From positions 224,001-288,000 of the forward strand of contig CAVPHD010000005.1 of the NCBI GenBank assembly GCA_963704165.1: a stretch of 64,000 nt of DNA. The letters are read 5' to 3'. The translations under genes and the position numbers were made by a program. The notes beneath the pieces were generated by a model that worked only from the letters and a program-made list of their open reading frames with translations, was not told where the DNA came from and made no database searches. Source of the DNA: an uncultured delta proteobacterium (GTDB lineage Bacteria; Myxococcota_A; UBA9160; SZUA-336). Below, piece after piece: positions 19,683-28,987 of this stretch (positions within the stretch are counted from its first letter, which is position 1; each line of letters begins with the position of its first letter).

Positions 19683-21776
19683 GTGCAGAAGAGTCACTGG
19701 CGAATCGCGTGTGCTCCGGCGCTCGCACTCCTATTAGCGACGGCTTCGCGCGCTCCGGCCGGTGAGCTGTCGGAATCTCCCGACGATCCGTCCGCCTTCA
19801 CCACGGTGATCGATGCACGCGCGTTCGACGAGCGGTTCGCGACCGTCGAGGAGGTTCTCGGTCAGGTTCCCGGCGTGCGCGTGCGCCGTTTCGGCGGGCT
19901 CGGTTCCTCGAGCACGGCCTCGATCCGAGGGTCGAAGTCGGAGCAGGTTCTCGTCCTGCTCGACGGTGTACGGCTGAACAGCGCGCAGCTCGGATCGGTG
20001 GACCTCTCGACGATTCCGCTTCGCCAGGTCGAGCGAATCGAGGTGATCCGCGGCGGTGGCTCCGCGCGCTACGGCAGTGACGCCGAGGGGGGTGTCATCG
20101 CGATCACGACGCGCAAGCCCGAGAGCGAGGCGCTCGGAGCCGACGCTTCGTTCAGTGCCGGATCCCAGTCGACGCTGGGCGGAGACCTCGCGATCTCCGG
20201 GGGCGGTGAGCGGGCACGCGGGCTCGTGACCTACTCGCGCCTGCGCAGCGAGAACGACTACCGCTTCGAGATCGAGCCACCTCCACGCGGTGGTGGCGGC
20301 CGTCCGGGCACGGGAAGCGCCGCGGGTGGTGCGGCGACGCACACGAGGCTCAATGCGGACTTCGTCGAGAATGCGGGGCTCATGCGCGGGTCGCTCGAGA
20401 CCGGCCGTCACTCCAGCCTCGACGCCACGCTCGACCTCTACGAGAAGGACGGTGGCGAGCCCGGTGGAACCTGGGGCAAGCCGGTCGTCGACGTTCCCGA
20501 CGACGTGGTCTCGTGCGTCACGGCCGACGAGTCGTACCGCCGCGGCGTCGGACGTCTGGCGTGGAGTCACTCGCGCGCATTCGGAGGCTCGCTCTCGATT
20601 GCCGGCGCGCTCCGTTCCGAGGACTCGGAGCTCGACGATCCGGGCGGCGCGTGCGGATTCGTGTCGCCGATCGTGACCGGCGGACGCGATCAGGCCCACT
20701 CGAGCGAATCCGAATCGTCTCTCGAGGCGCGCTGGGTTTCGGGTTCGAAGCTCTTCGGTCCGCTCGAGCTCGGCGCGCGTGCCGGGTCGGGCATCCGATA
20801 CGCACGTGTCGATGCGTCGGAGTCGGACGTTCACCGCCGCACGACGGTGTTGATCTCGATCCAGCCCGAGCTCGCGCTCTTCGATCGAGAGCTTCGGCTG
20901 TTCCCGGCGCTCGGCTTCGAGCGCGCGGACACGAGCGAAGGCGAGGCTCGCAGGTCGGCCTCCCAGCCGATGGTGCCGGTCTCGCCGCGCGACGAGAACG
21001 CGTGGTTGCCCTCGGTCGGCGCGATCTGGCAGGTGGCGCCGGGACTGCGCGCGAAGGCGAACTGGAAGCGCGTGCTTCGCCGTCCGACCTTCACGGATCT
21101 TTTCCATCCCGACTGGGGGTTCATCCGCGGAAACCCCGAGCTGCTCTCGGAGCGCGGCTGGAACGCGGACGTCGGATTCGAGCTCGCGGGTCGCGGCTCC
21201 GGACCCCTCGGAGATCTGCGACTCGAGGCGGACGTGTTCCAGCGTGAGCTCGACGAGGGAATCGAGTGGGTGCTGAACGTGAACAACGCGTACATGCCCT
21301 TGAATACCGGCCCGTCGCGCGCGCGCGGCGTCGAGGTCGGGCTCGGCGCGACGCTCTTCGAACGCCTGCAGATCGGCGCGTCCTACACCTACACCGACGC
21401 ACGCTATCTCGGTGGTGGCAGCGACGCCGCCTACGAGAGCGGCGTCGAGCGGATCTTCCCGCACGTTCCCGAGCACGCGTACTCGCTGAATGCCGCAGTC
21501 GACCTCGGCGCGCTCGAGCCTTGGACGGAGCTGCGCTACGAGAGCGAGGTCTCCTACCAGGTCGGGCGCGCGACACTCTCCGACGACGCGCTTCAGATCG
21601 ATGCCGGCGTGATCCTCCGGCCGGAGCGCATGCGCGGCCTCGCGTTCCTGCCGTCGGGCGTGACGCTCTCGGTCGAGGCTTCGAACCTGACGGGCGAGCA
21701 GCGCAGTGACTCCCTCGGGCAGCCCCTACCGAATCAGACGCTCTGGCTGGTTCGTGTTCGCGGTGCGACGAGATGA
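19683..21776 (+). CDS. TonB-dependent receptor, BtuB-like (cobalamin uptake)
   Basis: Plug motifs QVPGV, SIRGSKSEQVLVLLDGVRLN, VERIEVIRGGGSARYGSDAEGGVIAITT; RRPTFTDLF, GNPELLSERG; GTG start after GAGGGAG; directly downstream of the B12 riboswitch. Confidence 0.88.
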   Translation: MQKSHWRIACAPALALLLATASRAPAGELSESPDDPSAFTTVIDARAFDERFATVEEVLGQVPGVRVRRFGGLGSSSTASIRGSKSEQVLVLLDGVRLNSAQLGSVDLSTIPLRQVERIEVIRGGGSARYGSDAEGGVIAITTRKPESEALGADASFSAGSQSTLGGDLAISGGGERARGLVTYSRLRSENDYRFEIEPPPRGGGGRPGTGSAAGGAATHTRLNADFVENAGLMRGSLETGRHSSLDATLDLYEKDGGEPGGTWGKPVVDVPDDVVSCVTADESYRRGVGRLAWSHSRAFGGSLSIAGALRSEDSELDDPGGACGFVSPIVTGGRDQAHSSESESSLEARWVSGSKLFGPLELGARAGSGIRYARVDASESDVHRRTTVLISIQPELALFDRELRLFPALGFERADTSEGEARRSASQPMVPVSPRDENAWLPSVGAIWQVAPGLRAKANWKRVLRRPTFTDLFHPDWGFIRGNPELLSERGWNADVGFELAGRGSGPLGDLRLEADVFQRELDEGIEWVLNVNNAYMPLNTGPSRARGVEVGLGATLFERLQIGASYTYTDARYLGGGSDAAYESGVERIFPHVPEHAYSLNAAVDLGALEPWTELRYESEVSYQVGRATLSDDALQIDAGVILRPERMRGLAFLPSGVTLSVEASNLTGEQRSDSLGQPLPNQTLWLVRVRGATR

Positions 21777-23545
21777 GTGCTGCAGCCGTCCTGCTCGCCG
21801 CGACGCTCAGCGTCGGCTCGGCCTCGACCGACACGCTGCTCGTCGATGCGTTCGCGCCCCCGGCACTGGAGTCACACCCGACCGACGCCGACCGCGCGTT
21901 CGTCGCCGCGTCGAGCAATGGCCCGGGCGTCTTCGAGCTGCGGATCGCGCCGGGGCAGTCGCTCGCCTACGTGGGCGCGTCGTATCTGCTCCCGGGGAAC
22001 CTGAACTGCACGGAGTCGGCGCCCTTCACGGTTCCGACGCTCGGAAACGTGACGCTCGAGCGCGGGACCGGCGCGAGCCGGGGCTGGATCACGACTTCGG
22101 GCTGCGAGCTCGCTTTGCCGTTCAACTGGGCGACCGGCGCCGGATGGCCGTTGCTCTACTCGTCGCAGAGCCGCACGTCGGTTCCGACCCGGCACACGAT
22201 CGCAGGCGCCTTCACGCGCTATCAGAACGGCGGCGGCGGCGCCTCGATCAGCTCGTTCAAGACCAACTTCACGAGCGCGGCGCTTCGGATCGGGAGCCGG
22301 CTGGTGGTCGCGACCTCGAACATCCATCAGGCGGGGTCGAATCCGGTCTGGAACCCCGGCACGGTGCTCTTCTTCGCGATCGACGATTCCGGGCCGACGA
22401 CGACCGTCGCGCCGGCGAGCCCGTTCTTCGCGATCACCTCGGAGCCGAACCCGGTCGCGCTGACCGAGCTCCCCGGTGGGCGCGTTGCGGTGACCAACGC
22501 GGGGATCTTCGATGCCGGCTTTCCTCCGCAGCTCACCGGCCGGGGCAGCATCGACGTGCTCGACGCGCAGACAGGACTCTTCGTCGGCTCGATTCCACTC
22601 GGAGCCGGCAATCCGGCGGGCCGTGGGCTCGCGCTCGATCCGACGAGTTCGGTCGCGGTCGCGGGTTCTGCGACGTTGCGCCAGCTGGTCGCGATCGACA
22701 TTCGCGGCATCGCGGCGCTTTCGACGGTCGCGGTCGATGCGCGCCTGCAGCGACCGTCGTGCAATGACGGCACGCCCGCGACCGCCGGGGGCGTCCCGTG
22801 TCTGCGTGAACGGGTGATCCGCGACGGCGCGAATCCGATCGTACTCCCGCCGCCACCGGGATCGAGCGGTCTCTACTCGTACGTCTCGCAGGTGCGCTTC
22901 GGCGCCTCGGGGGACTTCCTCGCCGCCACGTCGTACAACGACGGAGGCCTCGCGCTGCTCGCCTTCGACCCCCGGAACCTCTCGACGCCGCACCCGCTGC
23001 TCGCGTCGCGTTTCGGTGTAGCCCAGACGCTCGCCGCCACGGGCCCCGCCGGCGTGATCGGCGAGGAGTGCTGTCCGGGTCCGATGATCCTGCACGCGAA
23101 CAGCGGGGGAGGACTCGCTGGCGCGGATCTCCTGCTCGCGACCGCGAGCCCCAACGGCATCGTCGTTCGCGGGCACCTCGCCGGAGCCGTCACGTCCGCG
23201 ACCGGTGATCACGATGGCGACGGCGTCGAGGACGCGCTCGACGACTGCCCGGTCACTTCGAACGCCGCACAGACCGACTCGGGTGGACTCGCGACCCCGG
23301 TCCCCGATGGAATCGGCGACGCGTGTCAGTGCGGCGACTCGAGCGGCAACGGCATCGTCGATCTCGCGGACGTGGGCGCGCTGCGCTCGTTCCTGGCCGG
23401 CTCTCTGGGCGCGCTTCCCGCGCCGGAGAAGTGCGACGTCGGAGGCAGCATCGGCTGCGATCTCGAGGACTTCGTCCGGCTGAGTCGGGCGCTCGGGGGA
23501 CTCGCGCCCGGGATCGCGCATGTCTGCGGGCCGTTTCTCCCGTAA
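21773..23545 (+). CDS. Secreted beta-propeller-like protein with C-terminal TSP3-type repeat and dockerin-like domain
   Basis: Hydrophobic N-terminus; YncE-like NPVALTE...VAVTNAG...GSIDVLDAQT; DHDGDGVEDALDDCP...DGIGDAC; CGDSSGNGIVDLADV; ATGA overlap with the receptor gene. Confidence 0.65.
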   Translation: MSAAAVLLAATLSVGSASTDTLLVDAFAPPALESHPTDADRAFVAASSNGPGVFELRIAPGQSLAYVGASYLLPGNLNCTESAPFTVPTLGNVTLERGTGASRGWITTSGCELALPFNWATGAGWPLLYSSQSRTSVPTRHTIAGAFTRYQNGGGGASISSFKTNFTSAALRIGSRLVVATSNIHQAGSNPVWNPGTVLFFAIDDSGPTTTVAPASPFFAITSEPNPVALTELPGGRVAVTNAGIFDAGFPPQLTGRGSIDVLDAQTGLFVGSIPLGAGNPAGRGLALDPTSSVAVAGSATLRQLVAIDIRGIAALSTVAVDARLQRPSCNDGTPATAGGVPCLRERVIRDGANPIVLPPPPGSSGLYSYVSQVRFGASGDFLAATSYNDGGLALLAFDPRNLSTPHPLLASRFGVAQTLAATGPAGVIGEECCPGPMILHANSGGGLAGADLLLATASPNGIVVRGHLAGAVTSATGDHDGDGVEDALDDCPVTSNAAQTDSGGLATPVPDGIGDACQCGDSSGNGIVDLADVGALRSFLAGSLGALPAPEKCDVGGSIGCDLEDFVRLSRALGGLAPGIAHVCGPFLP

Positions 23546-23557
23546 GCTCCGCCGGCG

Positions 23558-24289
23558 ATGAAGAACGAAGAGGTGCGGCAGCTCGCCGGTCCCGTCGAGA
23601 TCGACGAAGCGCTGCGCGAAGGCCGGGACGTGCGACTTCTGCTCGTGCAGGAGGATGCGCGCCACGAGGACGTGGTGAAGCTCGTCGCGCGCGCGCAGGA
23701 ACTCGGGATTCCCGTACGCACGGCGACGCGCAACGTCGTGTCACGGCTGTGCAGGGTGAGGCCGGCGGAGGAGGTCCTCGCGCTCGTCGGTCGCGATCCG
23801 GACGCGGACCTCGCCGCGTCATTGGCGCGTCGCGGCGCGTTCTGGCTGCTCGTCGGCGTCGTCTACCCCGGGAACATCGGCATGGTGATTCGGACCGCCG
23901 AAGTGTCCGGCGCCGACGCGATCGCCATCGACGGCGAGTTCGACCACGAAGCCAAGCGCGCCGCACTTCGCGCGGCGATGCGAGCCGACAAGTTCATGCC
24001 CGTGTTCTGGCGGCGCGCCGGGGAGGTCCTCGACGCTGCGCGCGCGACGGGGCACTCGGTGCTCGCGCTCGACGAGTCCGCCGATCGCGCGCCGTGGCAG
24101 ATCGATCTCCTGGGGCCGAAGGTCTTCGTCGTGGGTGGCGAAAACGGTGGGATCCCGCCCGAGATCCTCGCGCGCTGCGACTCCGCGATCCGCGTGCCGA
24201 TGGGCGGCTTCATTCCCTGCTACAACCTGCAGGCGGCGGTGTCTGCGATCGCGACGGAACGGTTGCGGCAGCTCTCGAACGCGGACTGA
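23558..24289 (+). CDS. TrmH/SpoU family RNA methyltransferase
   Basis: PGNIGMVIRTAE, VVGGENGGIP, RVPMGG...YNLQAA. Confidence 0.87.
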   Translation: MKNEEVRQLAGPVEIDEALREGRDVRLLLVQEDARHEDVVKLVARAQELGIPVRTATRNVVSRLCRVRPAEEVLALVGRDPDADLAASLARRGAFWLLVGVVYPGNIGMVIRTAEVSGADAIAIDGEFDHEAKRAALRAAMRADKFMPVFWRRAGEVLDAARATGHSVLALDESADRAPWQIDLLGPKVFVVGGENGGIPPEILARCDSAIRVPMGGFIPCYNLQAAVSAIATERLRQLSNAD

Positions 24290-24300
24290 TTCGCGCCCGC

Positions 24301-24546
24301 TCAGTCGTCGGTGTCGTCGTCTACGTCGGATTCCCGAGACGGGTCCATGGCGTCATCGACGTCCACCTCGCGGCTCTCGTCGTCGAGGTCGTCTACGTCG
24401 AACTCCCGCGAGGGATCCATCGCGTCGTCCACGTCCACCACTCGGCGCTCGTTCGGCTCCTCATCGGCGAGCGACGTTTGCGCCAGGAGCAGGCCCGACA
24501 TCAGCCCGACGGCAATCAGCGTGCGTACGGTCGTCATGCCGGACAT
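24301..24546 (-). CDS. Small secreted Asp-rich repeat protein
   Basis: Signal peptide MTTVRTLIAVGLMSGLLLAQTSLA followed by four ~12-aa acidic repeats; start 24546 or 24537. Confidence 0.65.
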   Translation of the reverse strand: MSGMTTVRTLIAVGLMSGLLLAQTSLADEEPNERRVVDVDDAMDPSREFDVDDLDDESREVDVDDAMDPSRESDVDDDTDD

Positions 24547-24584
24547 GATCGGCAGGGAGCCGGCAGCTTTGTAGCGACGAATGA

Positions 24585-26945
24585 CTACGCCGCCGCCGGG
24601 TCTTCGGGTACGAACCGGAAGAAGCCGGCGCACTCGAGCACGGCCGTTTCGGCCACCTCTTGCTCGCACATCGAGCCGAGTTCGCGGATCCCGTCCGCCG
24701 CGCGGGCGTCGAGCTTCAGCTCCTCCGGCTTGGCGGGGCGGGCCCTCGGAAGCAGCTCGATGATCTTTCTGGCCCATTCGGGGCGATGCTCGCCCTTGGT
24801 GTCGAAGACGACTGGCTGCACGGACGCGCCGTCCTTGAAGATGCAGATCACGCCCGCGCCGCGGTGATCGGAAGACGGCACGGTGAACATCGCGGTACGG
24901 CCGCGCGTGCCGTCCTCGAGCTCGAGCAGCAGGCCCTCGACGAGCGGGTGGCCACTCGCGAAGAAATCGAACTCGTCCTTCTGCAGCGCCTCGACACGCT
25001 CGAAGGTGCCGAGCCAGCGGCTCTCGTCGGGCACACCCGGGATCGACTCGACGGTGAGCGAGGTGCCGAGCTCGAGGTAGTAGAGCGCCGTGCCTCCCTT
25101 GTCGACGATCTTCAGGCCGAGGTCGTTCGCGGCGCCGAGCGTGTAACGCCGCGTCAGGGACTCGAGCTCGGGGGGCACGAGTGCGAGCAGCTTCTCGGCC
25201 TGTGACTCGTCGTAGGCGTCCTGGTAGATCACGCGCGGGATGTCGGCGATCGTTCGCGCGCGCGCGGCGTCGATCGACGCGCAGAGCGCGTCCGCGTCGA
25301 GATCGCTCCCCTCTCGCTCCGACCGTTCGAGCGCTTCGCGCACGCCCGAGAGCGCGAGATCGAGGCCCGCCGACGGTCGGCCGAACAGATCGAGCCGCTC
25401 GTAGAGTCCGGCCGTATCCGGCTGCGATTTCTCGCAACGGAAGTAGACGATCTCGACGTCCTTCGTGCGGCCGATCCGATCGAGGCGGCCGATGCGCTGC
25501 TCGAGCGTGACCGGATCCAACGGGAGATCGAAGTGCACCATCCGGTCGCAGAACTGGAAATTGCGTCCCTCGGTCGCCGCCTCGGTGCAGAGAAGTACGG
25601 GCAGATTCGTCTCGCGAAAGCGCGCGACCTCGAGGTCGCGCTGTGCGGGAGTGAGCGCCTCGTGAAACGTCGCCATGTGCGTGTGCGTCGTCGTCTCGAG
25701 GTGCTTGCGCAGCTTCTCGAGTCGCTCGAGGTCGTGCACGAAGACGAGCGCCTTCTCCTTCCGCTTGTGCCAGCCGCGGACGTTCTTCGCGAGCCACTCC
25801 GCGCGCGGATCCTTCTTCAAGTCCTTCGTCGTCGGGCCGAGATCGATCCGGATCGGTTTCCTCGGCGGGAGTCCGCCGAGATCGCTGCGGCGCACGGCGC
25901 TCGTGCACGGAAAGACCGCCCGACCTTCGGACACCGATGCGTCGAACGCATTGAACTCGCTGAACCGATCCGGGTGAAGGAGCTGCAAGAGGTGGAAGAA
26001 GCCGCGCCGATCCGCCTGCAGCGGCGTTGCCGAGAGCAGGATCGCGTGCTTCGACTCTCGGATGATCGGCGCCACCGCGGCATCGACGTCCTCGAGCGCG
26101 AGGCGATGGGCTTCGTCGACGACGACGAGGTCGAGATCGGCGTTCCGCGCCATCCGCGCCAGAGCCGGATCGGTGGCGAGATCCTCCATCGAGATCACCC
26201 CGAAGGGGTGCACGTCGAAGGGATTGTTTCCTTCACCGTAGTCGCGTTCGACGCTCTCGATGCGCGCCTCGTCGAGCAGCACGAAGACCTGATGGAATTT
26301 TCGGTAGAGCTCGCCCAGCCACTGCACCGTCAGCGTCGAAGGTGCGATCACCAGCGCGCGCTTCGCGCGTCCGGTGCGAACCAGAGCCGAGAGCACGAGA
26401 CAGGCCATGATCGTCTTGCCGAGCCCGACCTCGTCCGCGAGCAACCAGCGGACGGAGTCCATCCGAACCGCCGCGAGTGCCGTGTGGAGCTGGTGCGGAA
26501 AGAGGGCGATGCGTCCGCCGAGGAAGCTGCCGAGTCCTCCGGCTTCGCGGATCGTTCGCAGCGAGAACCCATCCACGCGATTTCGGAACGATCCGAGGCG
26601 ATCGAGCTTGAACAGCGCGAGTCGCTCGATCGGGCCCGGACTGCCCTCGACGGGCCACAGGTCGGCATCCTCGACGCGCCGTCCGTCCGCGAGCAGGTAC
26701 GCGTCACCGTCCCAACGGTCGATGCGCACTTCGCGTTCGGCCGTGAGCTCGATCGCGATCGACCCCGGCGCCATGATCAGCGGCGTCAGGCCCGCGCCCT
26801 GCGCCGCGAGCGTGACCTCGCGTTCGACGGCCGGGAAGTACACCACGAGATACCGGCCGTCGACACGACGAACGAGACCCACCCCAAGCTCGGGATTGAA
26901 GGGGTGGACGAGCTTGCTGCCTTCCCGCCAGGCTGGGGTCGCCAT
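24585..26945 (-). CDS. rapA: RapA/HepA-like SNF2 family helicase
   Basis: N-terminal PELGVG; FPHQ, LLADEVGLGKTI, DEAH, SATP, EGRNFQ, LEQRIGRLDRIG. Confidence 0.85.
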   Translation of the reverse strand: MATPAWREGSKLVHPFNPELGVGLVRRVDGRYLVVYFPAVEREVTLAAQGAGLTPLIMAPGSIAIELTAEREVRIDRWDGDAYLLADGRRVEDADLWPVEGSPGPIERLALFKLDRLGSFRNRVDGFSLRTIREAGGLGSFLGGRIALFPHQLHTALAAVRMDSVRWLLADEVGLGKTIMACLVLSALVRTGRAKRALVIAPSTLTVQWLGELYRKFHQVFVLLDEARIESVERDYGEGNNPFDVHPFGVISMEDLATDPALARMARNADLDLVVVDEAHRLALEDVDAAVAPIIRESKHAILLSATPLQADRRGFFHLLQLLHPDRFSEFNAFDASVSEGRAVFPCTSAVRRSDLGGLPPRKPIRIDLGPTTKDLKKDPRAEWLAKNVRGWHKRKEKALVFVHDLERLEKLRKHLETTTHTHMATFHEALTPAQRDLEVARFRETNLPVLLCTEAATEGRNFQFCDRMVHFDLPLDPVTLEQRIGRLDRIGRTKDVEIVYFRCEKSQPDTAGLYERLDLFGRPSAGLDLALSGVREALERSEREGSDLDADALCASIDAARARTIADIPRVIYQDAYDESQAEKLLALVPPELESLTRRYTLGAANDLGLKIVDKGGTALYYLELGTSLTVESIPGVPDESRWLGTFERVEALQKDEFDFFASGHPLVEGLLLELEDGTRGRTAMFTVPSSDHRGAGVICIFKDGASVQPVVFDTKGEHRPEWARKIIELLPRARPAKPEELKLDARAADGIRELGSMCEQEVAETAVLECAGFFRFVPEDPAAA

Positions 26946-27187
26946 GCGACGCGTTGGGTAGCCCAGCCCGCGTCGCTTGCAAAGCCCCGTGCGCGCAGGT
27001 CCCGCGCAGCTTCCCTGCCCGAGTGGCGGCAGGCGCAGGTCGATCGCTCGAAGGACCCGCCGATGCTACGGGATCGGACTCGGCTCGGCACCGAAGTTCG
27101 CGCTTGACCCGGCTCGGTACGGCCGCGTATTCATGCGGATCAGAACCGGAATTCTCATTCCGGCAACTCGATGACGGGAGATTCGCA

Positions 27188-27862
27188 ATGGCCGCCCCCC
27201 AGCTACAGCCCCAGGCGCTCGAATGGGTCCGCCCACCCCGCCAGGCGCGCAGCCATCTGACGCTCGGTCGGATTCTCGATGCCGCGGAGTCGCTGCTCCG
27301 AGAGAAGTGCTGGGAGGACGCCTCGGTGGCGGAGATCGCCCGCTGCGCCGGATCGTCCGTGGGAGCGTTCTACTCGCGATTCCGGGACAAGGATGCGCTG
27401 CTCACGGCGCTCCACGAGCGCTTCGTCGAGGAGGCCATCGCGACGGCCGAGCACGCGATGAGCGAGCAGCGCTGGGCGGGCTCGTCGATCTGCGAGATCG
27501 TCCGCGAGCTCGTGGCGTTTCAGGTTCGCATCCAGGATCAGAACGCGGGGCTCGGGCGGGCGATCGTTCGACGCGCCTCGGTGAACCCGGATTACCAAGC
27601 GCGAAGTCTGCGGCTGGCCAGACACATCGAAGAGCTCTTCGCTCGCCTCGTCGTCGCGCGTCGTCACGAGATCCTGCACCCGGTCCCGGTCGTCGCGGCC
27701 GCATTCGCGAGCCGTCTGATCTCGGGCGTGATGCTGCACCGGCTGGTCTTTCCCCTGACGGCCAGCATCGGCAGCCCCGGCGCCTCGCTCGTCGAAGAGC
27801 TGACACACGCTGCGCTTGCCTACCTCGGTGTCTTCCCCGAGGACGCGATCGACGCCTACTGA
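27188..27862 (+). CDS. TetR/AcrR family transcriptional regulator
   Basis: PRQARS...ILDAAESLL...SVAEIARCAGSSVGAFYSRFRDKDALL; GGGAG RBS. Confidence 0.92.
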   Translation: MAAPQLQPQALEWVRPPRQARSHLTLGRILDAAESLLREKCWEDASVAEIARCAGSSVGAFYSRFRDKDALLTALHERFVEEAIATAEHAMSEQRWAGSSICEIVRELVAFQVRIQDQNAGLGRAIVRRASVNPDYQARSLRLARHIEELFARLVVARRHEILHPVPVVAAAFASRLISGVMLHRLVFPLTASIGSPGASLVEELTHAALAYLGVFPEDAIDAY

Positions 27863-27869
27863 GCCGACG

Positions 27870-28309
27870 ATGCGTGCGTCCTTGTGGGTCGCCTGCGTCG
27901 CGCTCGTGTTCGCCTGCGGGCGCGAGGAGCGGGTGTCGGTCCCCGAGGCCGCCCCGGTCGCGAGCGCGCCCGTGGACCCGCTCGGCCGCCTCGATCCGGC
28001 CCCGTACCGCCCGGAGATCGAGGCGGCGGAGAACTTCTCTACGCCGGGGAGGGACTCTCGGCCGACGGCTGGAAGGCGCTGTCGAAGGCACTGCTCGAGC
28101 TGCACAACGAGATCGTCTTTCGCGACGAGTCCGCGAACGCCCGAGACACGAGCGCGAAGCTCTTCTTCCTCTCCGCCCGCGCGGAGGCCACGAACAGCCG
28201 GGACGACGGCGATGCCGAGCTCGCCGAGCTACGCGAGCTCTGGAAGCAGCTCAGCGCGGAGGGATTCGCGCCAGCGGATTGGATGCGCGCAAAGGCGGCC
28301 GCCCCCTAG
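27870..28309 (+). CDS. Hypothetical lipoprotein (single frameshift near 28031)
   Basis: Lipobox-like LVFAC; reading continues in another frame as LLYAGEGLSADGWKAL...AAAP. Confidence 0.55.
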
Positions 28310-28342
28310 CCTCGACAGCGACGCGGACCTGCAGTCCGATTC

Positions 28343-28957
28343 TCAGCGCGCGAGCTCGCCGAGTCGCTTCTGGATCCAACGCCGATACAGCTCGGCGGGA
28401 TGTGCGCCGGTGATCGCGGTATCCGTGCCGGCCATCTGCACGGCCGGAACTCCGCCCACGCCGAGCTCGACGGCCTGGTTGTGCTCCTCGCTCACCTGCT
28501 GGAGCAACGCGGGATCCGCCGCGCGCGCGAACTCCCGCTCCGGCAGGCCCGACTCGAGCCAGATCGCACGCAGCGTCGCCTCGTTCGAGATGTCGCGGTT
28601 GCGCGCGAAGTAGGCGTGAAGGAGGGCTCCGTGAACGCGCTCGAAGGATTCGCGGCCGAGCGAAGCCGCAGCCTTCGCGACGAGGTGCGGCGGAAGGCTG
28701 TGAGACGGCGGCCCCTCGTCGCTCTGCCAGACCTGGAATACCGCTTCCGGCTCCTCCTCCGACGCGCGGCGCCACGATTCGGTGTAGCGACGGAACTTCT
28801 CGAGGCTGCGGCCCGGCTCGGGATGCGGGCGGAGCAGAAAGCTCTTCCACCGCAGCTCGATCGCGTCGCCGAACTCGCTCTCGATCTCTCGCAGCCGGAC
28901 CGCCGCGACGTTGCACCATGGTCAGAGGTAGTCGGACCAGACGTTCAGAACGACCAT
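28343..28957 (-). CDS. DsbA/FrnE family thiol-disulfide oxidoreductase, predicted selenoprotein (UPWC)
   Basis: Manual translation MVVLNVWSDYL-TGA-PWCNVAAVRL...LRWKSFLLRP...LLHAYF...RDIS...GVGGVPAV...ITGA; TGA at 28924-28922 sits at the first Cys of CPWC; 204 aa with read-through. Confidence 0.85.
28889..28908 (-). promoter_or_regulatory. Putative bacterial SECIS hairpin
   Basis: UCGCGGC-GGUCCG-GCUGCGA: 7-bp stem with a G-first apical loop 20 nt after the in-frame UGA. Confidence 0.65.
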
Positions 28958-28987
28958 GCTCGCGAGCCTAGCACGTGCCCGGCGGGT

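Noticed and set aside
19200..19697. N-terminal extensions of ORFs 18402-19697 and 19506-21776
   Set aside because: They run through the riboswitches; signal peptides and RBSs support starts at 19199 and 19683
24301..24450. 36-nt periodic sequence as a mini-CRISPR
   Set aside because: No unique spacers; the period equals 12 codons and differences are synonymous, so it is a coding repeat
24585..26945. SNF2 helicase as an anti-phage defence gene
   Set aside because: Motifs fit housekeeping RapA/HepA and no nuclease, methylase or other defence genes flank it
27188..27862. TetR gene as the KstR ortholog
   Set aside because: No KstR-type box seen upstream, it is 15 kb from the cluster, and I cannot recognise KstR-specific sequence; left unassigned
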